Of a stretch of 64,000 nt of DNA, positions 46,460-56,085 are shown one piece after another (the stretch's first letter is position 1; every line of letters begins with the position of its first letter). The notes under the pieces were generated by a model. The model was not told the origin of the DNA, searched no databases, and saw only the letters and a program-made list of their open reading frames with translations. A program made the translations under genes and the position numbers. The stretch lies in NCBI GenBank assembly GCA_046328265.1, contig JAXLWW010000017.1, forward strand, positions 4,777 to 68,776, in the 5' to 3' direction. The stretch comes from Dehalococcoidia bacterium. Its GTDB lineage: Bacteria; Chloroflexota; Dehalococcoidia; SpSt-223.

Positions 46460-47731
46460 CTAGCGGAAGCTGCGCCGAAGAAGCCAGAGCATACCGATCG
46501 CTCCAACGCCGGAGGCGGCCGCCACCAACAGGCTGGCGACGGCTGCCAAGGTGAGCCCCGCGTTGCCACGGCCGCCGGGCAGGGAAGGTTGGGCCGGGGG
46601 CGGCGTTGCGGCCGGTGGGCGGACGCCCGGTTGTGCGGCGGGTGGGGCAGCCGGCGGAGTCGCCTCGGGAGCAAGGCCGAGCGAAGCGCGCCAGGCGGCA
46701 TCGATCCCATTGCGGTCGAGGCCGTAGACATTGGCGAGCGCTGAGTCGTCGCGCAGTCCGCTGTCGACGGCATCGAGCAGGTCGGCGAGCGATGCCTCGC
46801 CGTAGCGCCGGATCAGGAAGGCGATCAGGCTGCCGGACTGGGCATAGGCGAGGTCGATCCGCTCGGGCGTGCCGGTGAACTGGGTCAAGTGCCGCAGCGG
46901 GATGAGTGAACCGGACGCGATGCCGCGCTGAAGCACCACGTCGTCGTGACCACCGCCGTAATAGGTTGCCAGCCCTTCGTCCAACCAGGCGGGCAGGCCG
47001 TTCGGCGAGCGGCGGGTGCGTTCGTTGGTCAGAATGTGGGTCACCTCGTGGCGGACGATCGACGGCACCTGCTCCGGAGAATCGACGCCGAAGATGACGA
47101 CATCCAGTTCGTGAAAGGCGAAGCCGGCGTAGAAATCTCGGGTTGCCTGGCTGCCCGGCGGAAAGGCATCGAGGGCGTCCTGGTTGGAGGAGTAGACCAT
47201 CAAGGTCAGGGTTCGCGGATAGCTGGCGCGCAAGGCTGCGCCGACCTCCTCGAAGGTTGCGTCGGCGACGTCGGCCGCGAGGAGAGCGCGGCGCTCTCCT
47301 CCGTCGGAGAAGAAGACGACCAGGCCGTCGCGATCGAGGCTCTGCCAACTGAAGCGAGGGTCGAGATAGCGATAGAGGCGTGGCTCCGTCCGAACGACGC
47401 GGCCGGTCTCATCCTCGACCAGGTACCAGTAGGAGAACACCTGCCCGGTGACGAGGTTACGCCGCTGGATGCGATGCTCGGCGGTCACCTCGTTGGCCGG
47501 GTCGAAGCGCAGCTTGGCGGTTGTCGTTGTCCCAAGCCGCCCCTGGGCGATCGTGATCCGGATATCGCGGACCGGCGCGTCCGAGGAGCGGGCGATTATG
47601 GTGAAGGCCAGTCCGCCGCCGTCGGCGGTCTCTCGGATGTCGAGGACGGCTGGCCCATCGTCGGCCTGGACGGCGCCGATGGCGAAGAGCGCGGCAAGTA
47701 CGAATGCGAGTACGACAGCCGTACGACGCAT
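46460..47731 (-). CDS. putative secreted zinc metallopeptidase (HExxH motif) with Pro-rich linker and C-terminal TM anchor
   Basis: Signal peptide MRRTAVVLAFVLAALFAIGAVQA, HExxH in VRHEVTHIL, PA/PP-rich linker, terminal hydrophobic helix. Confidence 0.65.
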   Translation of the reverse strand: MRRTAVVLAFVLAALFAIGAVQADDGPAVLDIRETADGGGLAFTIIARSSDAPVRDIRITIAQGRLGTTTTAKLRFDPANEVTAEHRIQRRNLVTGQVFSYWYLVEDETGRVVRTEPRLYRYLDPRFSWQSLDRDGLVVFFSDGGERRALLAADVADATFEEVGAALRASYPRTLTLMVYSSNQDALDAFPPGSQATRDFYAGFAFHELDVVIFGVDSPEQVPSIVRHEVTHILTNERTRRSPNGLPAWLDEGLATYYGGGHDDVVLQRGIASGSLIPLRHLTQFTGTPERIDLAYAQSGSLIAFLIRRYGEASLADLLDAVDSGLRDDSALANVYGLDRNGIDAAWRASLGLAPEATPPAAPPAAQPGVRPPAATPPPAQPSLPGGRGNAGLTLAAVASLLVAAASGVGAIGMLWLLRRSFR

Positions 47732-47760
47732 AGACGCCCCCCGCCTATGATACTGGACTC

Positions 47761-48270
47761 TCAACGCGCCTCGGTGCGTTTTGGCTCCCCACCGGCGTTG
47801 CCGGCCGTCTTTGCCATGCCGATAGCCTGCCTTGCCCAGCCCGTCACGTCGGGAGGCGCGCCAATTGCCTCGGCCTCCTCGGGCGTGAGCCAGCGGAACC
47901 CGCCGCCGAGGCGCCCGTCTGCCGGAAGGGCGGCGTAGATCAGGTCGATATGCTGGTGGCCGGCGCCGACCGGAGCGAGTTGGACGCCGATGGGGCGGGC
48001 GAGCGGCCGCGGCGAGGAAAGCTGACCGGGGATCGTCGGCGGAAGCGGTGGGCCATGGGCGTCGTCGAGGAGGGTTACGACCAGTCCGGTCTCCTCCTCG
48101 GCCTCGCGAATCGCCGCTTCGTCGGGAAGTTCGCCCGGCTCGATATGCCCGCCGGCGGGCAGCCACAGGCCAAGCTTGACGTGCGAATGGAGGGCAACCC
48201 GGCCATCGCGAACGAGGTAGACCGACACCGTCCAGTGGCGATCGAGCGGCAGCGTAGAATCGTCGAGCAT
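47761..48270 (-). CDS. NUDIX hydrolase
   Basis: Nudix box GGHIEPGELPDEAAIREAEEETGL. GAGGAG lies upstream of the ATG at 48270 (an alternative ATG is at 48291). Confidence 0.75.
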   Translation of the reverse strand: MLDDSTLPLDRHWTVSVYLVRDGRVALHSHVKLGLWLPAGGHIEPGELPDEAAIREAEEETGLVVTLLDDAHGPPLPPTIPGQLSSPRPLARPIGVQLAPVGAGHQHIDLIYAALPADGRLGGGFRWLTPEEAEAIGAPPDVTGWARQAIGMAKTAGNAGGEPKRTEAR

Positions 48271-48289
48271 GGGCTTCTCCTCATCCGGC

Positions 48290-49165
48290 ATGGACGACGG
48301 CATACTCCAGCAGGCGGTCATCGGCTGGTTCTTGACGCATGGGCGCGAGTTGCCGTGGCGGCGGATCCGCGACCCGTACCGCATCCTGGTCGCTGAGGTA
48401 ATGCTCCAGCAGACCCAGGTTGACCGGGTGATCCCAAAATACCACGAGTTTCTCGCCGCGTTCCCGACCCTCGCCGATCTTGCCGTCGCCCCAACCGCCG
48501 AGGTGATCCGCGCCTGGTCGGGTCTGGGGTACAACCGGCGTGCGGTCAACCTCCAACGGACGGCACGGGCGGCAATGGAGCGGTTTGACGGCGAACTGCC
48601 GAGCGACCCAACGCAGCTTCGAAGTTTGCCGGGCATCGGCCGCTATACCGCGGCGGCGGTCGGCTGTTTTGCGTTCGAGCAGGCGACGCCGGTGGTGGAC
48701 ACCAACATCCGCCGGGTGCTGGCTCGTCTCGCCGGCCGGTCGGAGCCGCTTGGCGAACGCGAGGCCTGGGCTCTCGCTGCCGAGGCGCTGCCCGAGCAGG
48801 CCTGGCCGTGGAACCAGGCACTGATGGATCTCGGCGCGACGGTCTGTCTGGCGCGTGCGCCGCGCTGCCTGCTTTGCCCGGCGGCCGCCTGGTGCGCGAC
48901 TCGGGCGGGTGGCCTCGCGGTCGCCGAGCGACGGTCGAGCTATCGTGCTGGGCGCTTCGAAGGGTCCAGTCGGTGGTATCGTGGGCGGGCGGTGGCGGCG
49001 TTGCGAGCGCTCCCGCCGGGCGAGGCGTTGACGCTGGATGTGCTCGGGGCGACGATCCGGTCTGACTACCGACCGGAAGATCGCCCTTGGATTGAGGCGG
49101 TCGCCGCCGGACTGGCCGCCGATGGACTGGCGAAGCTGGCTGATGGACGGATTTCGTTGCCCTGA
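48290..49165 (+). CDS. A/G-specific adenine glycosylase (MutY-like; HhH-GPD with [4Fe-4S] cluster, no obvious C-terminal NUDIX-like domain)
   Basis: LPWRRIRDPYRILVAEVMLQQTQVDRVIPKY N-terminus, HhH motif (LRSLPGIGRYTAAAV), Cys cluster CLARAPRCLLCPAAAWC. Alternative start at 48269 shares a CATG with the divergent NUDIX start. Confidence 0.8.
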   Translation: MDDGILQQAVIGWFLTHGRELPWRRIRDPYRILVAEVMLQQTQVDRVIPKYHEFLAAFPTLADLAVAPTAEVIRAWSGLGYNRRAVNLQRTARAAMERFDGELPSDPTQLRSLPGIGRYTAAAVGCFAFEQATPVVDTNIRRVLARLAGRSEPLGEREAWALAAEALPEQAWPWNQALMDLGATVCLARAPRCLLCPAAAWCATRAGGLAVAERRSSYRAGRFEGSSRWYRGRAVAALRALPPGEALTLDVLGATIRSDYRPEDRPWIEAVAAGLAADGLAKLADGRISLP

Positions 49166-49241
49166 CCGGCGACGACGCCCGGCCGGCTGGCCTACACTTG
49201 CATCAGCATCGAACGCGCCGTCGGCGCAAGGGAGACCTGCG

Positions 49242-50441
49242 ATGATGCCACGCGCACTACTTGGACTCGGCCTAACCCTTGTGTTGACTGTCGGTTGTCT
49301 GCCGAGCGGTGGCTTTCCCCAGATTCTCGCGCCGGCGACAACGCCAACCGCCGTTGTTCCAACCCGCCCGCCGGCCAGCCCGACTGTCGCGCGGACCAGC
49401 ACTCCAGCAGTTTCGCCAACCGCCCAACGCACCGGCACGGTGACGGCCAGCGGCACGATCACCGCCGCCCGCACCGGGACCCCGATCGGCTCGGGTACCC
49501 CCGCTCGATCGGTCACCCCAGCCGGATCGGCCACCCCGGTGCGCACTGGCACGGCGGTCGCTACCGGCACCGTCCGGCCCGCCGGGTCCCCGACCGCTAC
49601 CGGAACGGTGCGCGCCGGCGCTGCTGTCACCTCGACCTCGACCGCGGTCCGAAACACCTCGAATGTCAATTTGCGCACCGCCGACTGGAGCACCATCATC
49701 ACCCAGGAATCGGCACTCAACCATCCCCAGCCGCCCGACTCCCAGCCCGGTATGGGGCCGTTCGTCGAATTCCGCACACCCGGGACGATCCCCGGCTTCG
49801 CCGACCTTCAGGACATCATCTATGGCGACATCTCCGGCGATGGGCGCGAAGAGGCGATCATCCCGGTCGTCTCGGGCGGTACCGCCGGCACCGTCGGCTA
49901 CTTGATCTACTTTGCCGGCGACCGTGAGCCGGTCTTTGCCACCGCGCGCACTGGCTACAAGCTTGGTGCTCGTACCAACAATGGCAACCTCGTCGTCCTT
50001 GAGCCGATCTACTCCGGCTGGGAGGCAAATTGCTGTCCGAGTGGCATCAGCGAAACGCGCTACCGGCTGGTCGGGTCGACGCTCGACCGGCTCTCGCGCG
50101 ACGAGAACGGCATCCCTGAGACAATCCCCCTCACCGTCGAGCGCTTCTACCAGTTGATCAACGAAAAGCAACTGCGCGACGCGTACGCCTTTTTGTCGCC
50201 CGAGTATCAGGCTGCCAATCCCTTCGACCGTTGGGCGGAGGGCTTCGCATCGACGGCGGAGGTTCAGGCTGAAGCGGCATTGGTGCCCGGCCAGAACGCT
50301 GCGACCGTCACGATCACCTCGACCGAGCGTACCGCGTCCGGCCAGTCGACCCGCCGCTTCAACGGCCGTTGGAATGTCATCTGGAGTAGCCCGGCTCGCC
50401 AATGGCTGCTCAATCAAGCCCAGATCAACGAAGTGCGCTAG
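49242..50441 (+). CDS. hypothetical lipoprotein with Thr/Pro-rich linker
   Basis: Lipobox LTVGC after MMPRALLGLGLTLV. AGGGAGA lies upstream of the ATG at 49242. Long T/P/A-rich low-complexity region, then about 250-aa globular domain. Confidence 0.65.
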   Translation: MMPRALLGLGLTLVLTVGCLPSGGFPQILAPATTPTAVVPTRPPASPTVARTSTPAVSPTAQRTGTVTASGTITAARTGTPIGSGTPARSVTPAGSATPVRTGTAVATGTVRPAGSPTATGTVRAGAAVTSTSTAVRNTSNVNLRTADWSTIITQESALNHPQPPDSQPGMGPFVEFRTPGTIPGFADLQDIIYGDISGDGREEAIIPVVSGGTAGTVGYLIYFAGDREPVFATARTGYKLGARTNNGNLVVLEPIYSGWEANCCPSGISETRYRLVGSTLDRLSRDENGIPETIPLTVERFYQLINEKQLRDAYAFLSPEYQAANPFDRWAEGFASTAEVQAEAALVPGQNAATVTITSTERTASGQSTRRFNGRWNVIWSSPARQWLLNQAQINEVR

Positions 50442-51021
50442 AGGCCGGTCGCCAATCTGCTAGGATTCTGCAACTCCGAGGTGCATTGCTACCGCCCACG
50501 GGCGCGGACTTCGACGGGGGCTGATTGCCGGAAGCAGTTCCCATCGCGCTCTGCGGAGGCGCTCATTTCAACCGTGGCTCTTGTGAACGGCCACTGATGG
50601 TCCCGCTAGTGGATGCCCTGGTCTGATTACGGGAAGATGTGCTCTTGGTGTCTCGCACCAGTACGCATCGCAACTTCCAGCAGCAAAATCAGTTTGGTCA
50701 GCACGCGCTCTCGCTCGCGCGGGCAGGCGAGGCCATTGTCCTGCTGGTGGATGAGATCCAAAAAGACCAAGCTCAAGTCGTCGGTCGTGGTGTGATTCCA
50801 AGCGACATTGTCAACTCGAACGAAAAGACCAAGGATGCAGCGTTGGTAGGAGGCTATGTTTGTCCGCCCAGCTTTCGTGGTATCGCCCGGGATGCCATCA
50901 GTTCAACGATGTTGTCGCCTGCTACACTCCCAACATCTCTCTCCGAAATGTGCGGCCGCTGTAGTACCACGATGTCATCTGAGAGCCAGGGTTACCACGC
51001 CGACGCCACGCGTGCTCGATA

Positions 51022-52512
51022 ATGCGAGGAGCAGGCACGCCAAACATCGGTTCTGAATCATCTCAGCAGACGATTTGGAATGCCCTTACCGGAGCGGTCG
51101 CTTTCGGATGGCCCATCGGATTAAGCCTGATCCTCACGCCTCTAATGCTCCGAGGTCTCGGCTCCGCCGAATTTGGTCTCCGAACCTTGGTCCTGTCGGT
51201 TCTGGCGTATTTCGGATTACTCGACTTTGGTATCAATGTTGCGATAACCAAGTACCTTGCGGAGTATCTCGCCCAGGGTGACATCGAACGCGTGCAACGT
51301 CTGCTCGGCACGACACTCACACTTTTCCTTGGTATCGGCCTCTTTGGAACCAGCAGCATTGCACTGGCTACGCCCTGGTTGATTGATAGCCTGCTGCAAG
51401 TGCCGAGCGAGTTGCGCGCCGAGGGCTTCGGATCGCTCTACCTGGTTGCCGGGATGTTCTTGGTGAACGCGCTGATCTGGTGGGCATCGAGTATTCCTGC
51501 CGGTCTCCAACGCTACGACGTGGTGAATTCCGTGCAACTATTCGCCGGGTCAATTGCCTCGATCGGGGCGGTTGCCGCCGCGCTTGCCGGGATGAGTCTG
51601 ACCGTCGTTGTTGCGGCGTCTCTTGTTGGGATGGGTCTCCAACTCGTGCTCTTCCTGATCCTCCGGAGGCGGCTTCTGCCGCACCTGAAAGTGCTGCCTC
51701 GATGGGATAGGGACATCATTCGCCGAACCACCACCTTTGGACTCAGCATTCTCGCCACTCGCATTGCGGGGCTCATCTTCACCTATGTCGATAAGTTGTT
51801 GATCGGTATCTGGTTCGGTCTGAGCATGGTGACGTACTGGGCTATTCCGGCCACGCTTGCTCTGTACATCCATCAGCTTTGCGCTCGGGTACTCCAACTC
51901 CTCTTTCCGATGGCGAGTGCGCTTTCGCTTTCGCCAGACGGACCGGCCTCGGTAACCGAGCTATTTTGCAGTAGCCTCCGATTGAATGCCTTACTGGCCA
52001 GCAGCGTGGCGCTGCCACTGTTCGTGGTTGGCGAAAGTCGTTGCTGGTTCATTGGGTCGGTCCGGAGTTTGCCGGTCCACCAGTGGTGGTGCTGCGGCTT
52101 CTGACGGTGTTCTGGTGGCTGTATGCTCTCACCGTCAGTTCCGGGTCAGGTGCTCGCCGGTATTGGCCGTCCGTACTTTGAAACCGGTTCGCGGTAGCCT
52201 CCGGCGTCTTGCAGTTGCTCGGCTACATCACGCTGGAAGGACGTTTGGCATCGTCGGGTTCGCCGCGAGCGCGGCGCTGGCGGGACTTATCGCGGCTCCA
52301 TTATTCTGGGGGTCGCCGCGCGAGCTATCCGGGCATCGGGACGTCTCGTCATCGGTTCCCTGATCTGTCCGATTGGCTTTTGTATCGCTGGTGCGGCGCT
52401 GGCTTTCCTACCGGTGGCGAGTCCCAACCTGGTGGTTGATGGCCTGCTAGAAGTCCTCTGCCGCTGGCTACCTGGCGCTCTGTTGGTTTGGCGGGGTTAT
52501 TACTCTGAATGA
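51022..52512 (+). pseudogene. Wzx-type polysaccharide flippase (PST family), C-terminal third disrupted by at least three frameshifts
   Basis: First 350 aa are an intact multi-TM PST-family sequence. Continuation (LVHWVGPEFAGPPVVVLRLLTVFWWLYALTV; GIVGFAASAALAGLIAAPLFW; LVIGSLICPIGFCIAGAALAFLPVASPNLVVDGLLEVLCRW) is spread across all three frames. Confidence 0.6.
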
Positions 52513-52680
52513 GCGCACGGCGGGCGTCCAGTTTCTGCGACGGTGGGCGGACCGATGATTGTGGTTTGAGCGGATCCCAGCCGCCAGGCTGCTGTAGTTG
52601 TCACAGCAGAGCGGCAATCACCCCGCCGCCCGCGCTTTTCCCATGAGACTGCTTTGGTACATCAGCCAATCGATTTCGCC

Positions 52681-53560
52681 ATGGACTTTAGCGATGCCGG
52701 CAACGCGGAACTCATTCTAGCGTCGGAAACTTCGGCGCCGGTTTCCTCCTCGTAGTTGCTCGGTTGACCTGAAGGCTCGCCGTCAGACCGAATCGCGGTT
52801 CCCCAGTGAGGAGAACGACCGCGCGGTCGAGGAAGCCCGGGCCGCCATCACCGCCGAGACTGGGGAGATCACGGCGTCATCAATTCAACAGTTCCTGAGA
52901 GCCCGCTACGCCGGGCGCGACCACCTGCGGATCTGTGAGTATCCATTTCTTGCTGAGGTCCTCGCTCGGACCGATATCGATCGTTCGGTGATTGTCGACC
53001 GGGTGGTGGGAACAGTTGGTCTACAGTGGTCCCCATGCTCTTTAAGTTCCCGTCGAGCCGAATCATCTCCTTGGATGTGCTCAATCCGAACGGAAGCTCT
53101 CGCTACCAAGTCGAGTATCGACAAGGCAATTGTATGGAAACCGGACTTCCTTCGAATTCCGTCTCGTTGGCGATTAGTATCTCGACTTTTGAGCATGTCG
53201 GGTTGGGCCGATGGTGACCCGCTTGATGTCACCGGCGACATCAAGGCTATGCGGGAAGTACTGCGCATTCTGCGGCCGGGCGGACACGCCGTGGTGACCC
53301 TTCCATTTGGTGCGCCGACGGTCGTGTATGATCTCCATCGGATCTACGATCGGGGTCGGATTGCCCGGGCGGTCGAAGGCTTTGAAGTCGTCGAGGCTCG
53401 CTATTCGCGGCTCGGCGAGCCAGCAAGCTTTGAAGAGGTGGCCGGCCTTCCGCCGATCACGACGTTCTCAACGTTCTACACGCGATCACCCGCGCCACTT
53501 CCCAATCCGCAGGCCGGAATCATGCTCCTCGTGCGAAGCCGGCAGGAGGAACATCATGAT
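52681..53560 (+). pseudogene. class I SAM-dependent methyltransferase (Methyltransf_11/23-like), frameshifted
   Basis: Motif I region (DIDRSVIVD...G), then the motif II-III region in another frame (RIISLDVLNPNGSSRYQVEYRQGNCMETGLPSNSVSLAISISTFEHVG), then a return to the first frame (IKAMREVLRILRPGGHAVVTLPFG). N-terminus unclear. Confidence 0.45.
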
Positions 53561-53590
53561 CTCGGTCAGACCAGACGATCCGCAGCGGCA

Positions 53591-54292
53591 GTGAGCGCAG
53601 CGAACCTCGGTGTTCGCGCTAGTTTGACGGAATGGCGTGATCGGCGGACCTGGTCGAGGGCGGACCCGGCGTTTGTGGCACGTTGGCCTCAGGTCGATGC
53701 GATCCTCGGGTGGCTCACTCGGGTTGAAGCGGTGGTCCTCTACCATTTTGCCCGATTCGGTCCCGGGCTTGGTGACATCGTCGAGATCGGCTCGTACCAG
53801 GGGCGGTCGACGGTCTGCCTCGCATCGGGAGCGCTCGACCGTGGCGAGGGGATCGTCCACGCTGTCGACCCGCACACCGGCGATCGTGGGCAGTTGGCTC
53901 AACTTGGCATCGATAGCCTCAATACCGCGCCCACATTCCTCCGGAATCTGGTCCAACTCGATATTCTCCGGGCCGTGCGTCCGGTTTGCAAGCCATCGGT
54001 CGAGGCCGCCGCGCTCTATGCAGGTGACCCTATTCGGCTGCTCTTCATCGATGGGTGGCATAGCCACGAGGCGGTCATCGAGGATTTCGTCAGTTGGCAG
54101 CCGTTCCTCGCCAAGGCCGCGGTGGTCATCTTCGATGATTTTGGCACCAGCCCCGAGGTTCAGTCGGGCATCCTCGAACTGCGCCGTCTAGGCCGGCTTC
54201 CCCGTCATGCCTTTGCTTTTGGCAAGATGATCGGGTTTGCTCCCACTCGTCGAGAACCGGGCGGAATTCCACTGCATTGGGTTCGCCGGTGA
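53591..54292 (+). CDS. class I SAM-dependent methyltransferase, Methyltransf_24/TylF-like (possibly fused to the upstream methyltransferase)
   Basis: VVLYHFARFGPGLGDIVEIGSYQGRSTVCLA...AVDPHTGD...LLFIDGWHSHEAVIEDF blocks. Same frame as the upstream methyltransferase ORF (52988..54292). A GTG at 53591 is a possible independent start. Confidence 0.5.
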   Translation: MSAANLGVRASLTEWRDRRTWSRADPAFVARWPQVDAILGWLTRVEAVVLYHFARFGPGLGDIVEIGSYQGRSTVCLASGALDRGEGIVHAVDPHTGDRGQLAQLGIDSLNTAPTFLRNLVQLDILRAVRPVCKPSVEAAALYAGDPIRLLFIDGWHSHEAVIEDFVSWQPFLAKAAVVIFDDFGTSPEVQSGILELRRLGRLPRHAFAFGKMIGFAPTRREPGGIPLHWVRR

Positions 54293-54389
54293 CGACCGTA
54301 CCGTGTATCCGATCTCCGCGGGTCCCGGCCCAGTTTGGACCAAGCGTACGGCCGATTGGCCGTACGCGTGCCGGCCGACACCGGTGACG

Positions 54390-55226
54390 ATGGCTGAACT
54401 TGTCTGTACCGCCTGCTCGGCGGACGTTCCTCTGCTGCGGCCAATCGTTCGATTTCCTGACCAAACCGCGGTGTTCCGATGCTCGACCTGCGGTTGTGGC
54501 ATCACCATGCCGCCGCCAGTTAGCGTGGCCTATGAGGAGCATACCTTCGCCTGTCATGCAGATGCGGCTCCCGATCGTTGGCGCAGCTACTCCGCGGCGG
54601 TCATGCAGTATGTGGCGCGGATCGCGCCGACTGGGCGTCTGCTCGACGTCGGCGCCGCTAGCGGCCTGCTTGTGGAGGTGGCCCGCGCTCAGGGATATGA
54701 GGCGATGGGCATCGAGCCTTCGTCGGTCGCAATCGCGACAGCGCACCAACGTGGGCGGCCCGTCCAGCACGGCTACTTTACCTCGGGCGTCTTTGCACGG
54801 CAGAGCTTCGATCTCATTGTCTTTCAACATGTCCTCGAACACGTGCCATCCCCGGGGTCGCTGCTGGATGTGGCGCGCGAAGTGCTTCGACCTGGCGGGC
54901 GCGTGTTCGTGATCCAGACGAATTTTGAAGGGACGGTGCCCAGTCTTCTGGGGCGCCGCTGGCCGGGATGGGTCCAGCAGGAGCATTTCATTCATTTCAC
55001 GACGCCAGGGTTGTCTCGTCTGCTTGAGACGCAAGGGTTCGTCGTGGAAGATATTCGCTACACCTCGCTCGGCTATTACCTGTACGCCGCGTTCGGCGGT
55101 CCACGCGTGGCGATGACCGTCTTCACCAACACCGTCGCCTACCTCATCTCGAAATTTCGTCTCGGTGCACCGTACTGGGGAGATCAGATCTATCTAGCGG
55201 CGCGCCTTCCTGGAGTTCCTTCGTGA
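54390..55226 (+). CDS. class I SAM-dependent methyltransferase with N-terminal Cys4 zinc-ribbon
   Basis: CTACS...CSTCGC zinc ribbon, then motif I (GRLLDVGAASGLL) and post-I/II/III blocks (DLIVFQHVLEHVPSP...LRPGGRVFV). Confidence 0.75.
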   Translation: MAELVCTACSADVPLLRPIVRFPDQTAVFRCSTCGCGITMPPPVSVAYEEHTFACHADAAPDRWRSYSAAVMQYVARIAPTGRLLDVGAASGLLVEVARAQGYEAMGIEPSSVAIATAHQRGRPVQHGYFTSGVFARQSFDLIVFQHVLEHVPSPGSLLDVAREVLRPGGRVFVIQTNFEGTVPSLLGRRWPGWVQQEHFIHFTTPGLSRLLETQGFVVEDIRYTSLGYYLYAAFGGPRVAMTVFTNTVAYLISKFRLGAPYWGDQIYLAARLPGVPS

Positions 55227-56073
55227 TTACCGCCGTCATCAACACGCTTAACGAAGAGGCGAATATTGCTGCATGCATTGCCACGGTCCGAGCCGTTGCC
55301 GATGAGATCGTCGTCTGCGATCAGGAAAGCGTCGATCGGACGGCGGAAATTGCCGCAAGGTTAGGCGCTCGAGTCGTGACCTTTCCGGTAATTCGAGGCA
55401 ATTTCGTCGGTGCGCCAAAGAAGTTTGCCATCGAGCAGGCGACGGGCGAGTACATCCTGTCAATCGACGCCGACGAACGGATGACCGCTCGGCTAGCCCG
55501 CCGGCTTCGCGAGATCGCTGAGCAAAACTACTACGATGTCGTCCATTTCCGAAAGCTAAACAACTACTTTGGTGGCTATCCGCGACACAGTCCGCCCTTC
55601 TTTGCACCAGAACCGTTGTTCTTTCGCCGGCAGGTGTACCTACGTAATTACAGTGGCGCTGAGGAAATACACCACCAGAACTATGTTGGGGTGCGCCACG
55701 CCCAGCCAGCGTTGACCCTGCCGAAATCCTACTATCTCATTCATCATGCGTACCCGACGATCGAACACTATGCGACCAAGACCCTCGGCTGGTACGCTCG
55801 GGCGGAGGCCGAACAGTGGTATACCTCGGCCGGACTTTCTCCCGGGTTTCGATGGTAGTGGGACCTCTGCGGTTCTTCCTGGGGACCTACGTTCGGGCTG
55901 GCGGTTATCGTGACGGTGTTCGTGGCCTGATCGTGAACGTCCTGTTCTCGGTCTATCTGTTTAATCGGTGGGCGAACCTTTGGCTCATCGAGCAGAAAGC
56001 AGGCTATGCTCCCGGCCAGGATGATGAAAACTGGAAGATCTGGGGCGACTCCGGTAGCCGTGACCGTGCCTGA
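55223..56073 (+). pseudogene. family 2 glycosyltransferase, C-terminal region frameshifted at about 55.85 kb
   Basis: GTG start overlapping the upstream stop. N-terminal GT2 blocks (ITAVINTLNEEANI; SIDADE). C-terminal amphipathic/TM region (VVGPLRFFLGTYVRAGGYRDGVRGLIVNVLFSVYLFNRWANL) continues in the 55816..56073 frame. Confidence 0.55.
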
Positions 56074-56085
56074 TCCAGCACGGGA

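Noticed and set aside
50639-51022. 127-aa ORF at the left edge of the low-GC island
   Set aside because: It has no recognisable motifs, start context or partner. It is probably a non-coding spacer or decayed remnant at the island boundary, so it is not reported as a gene.
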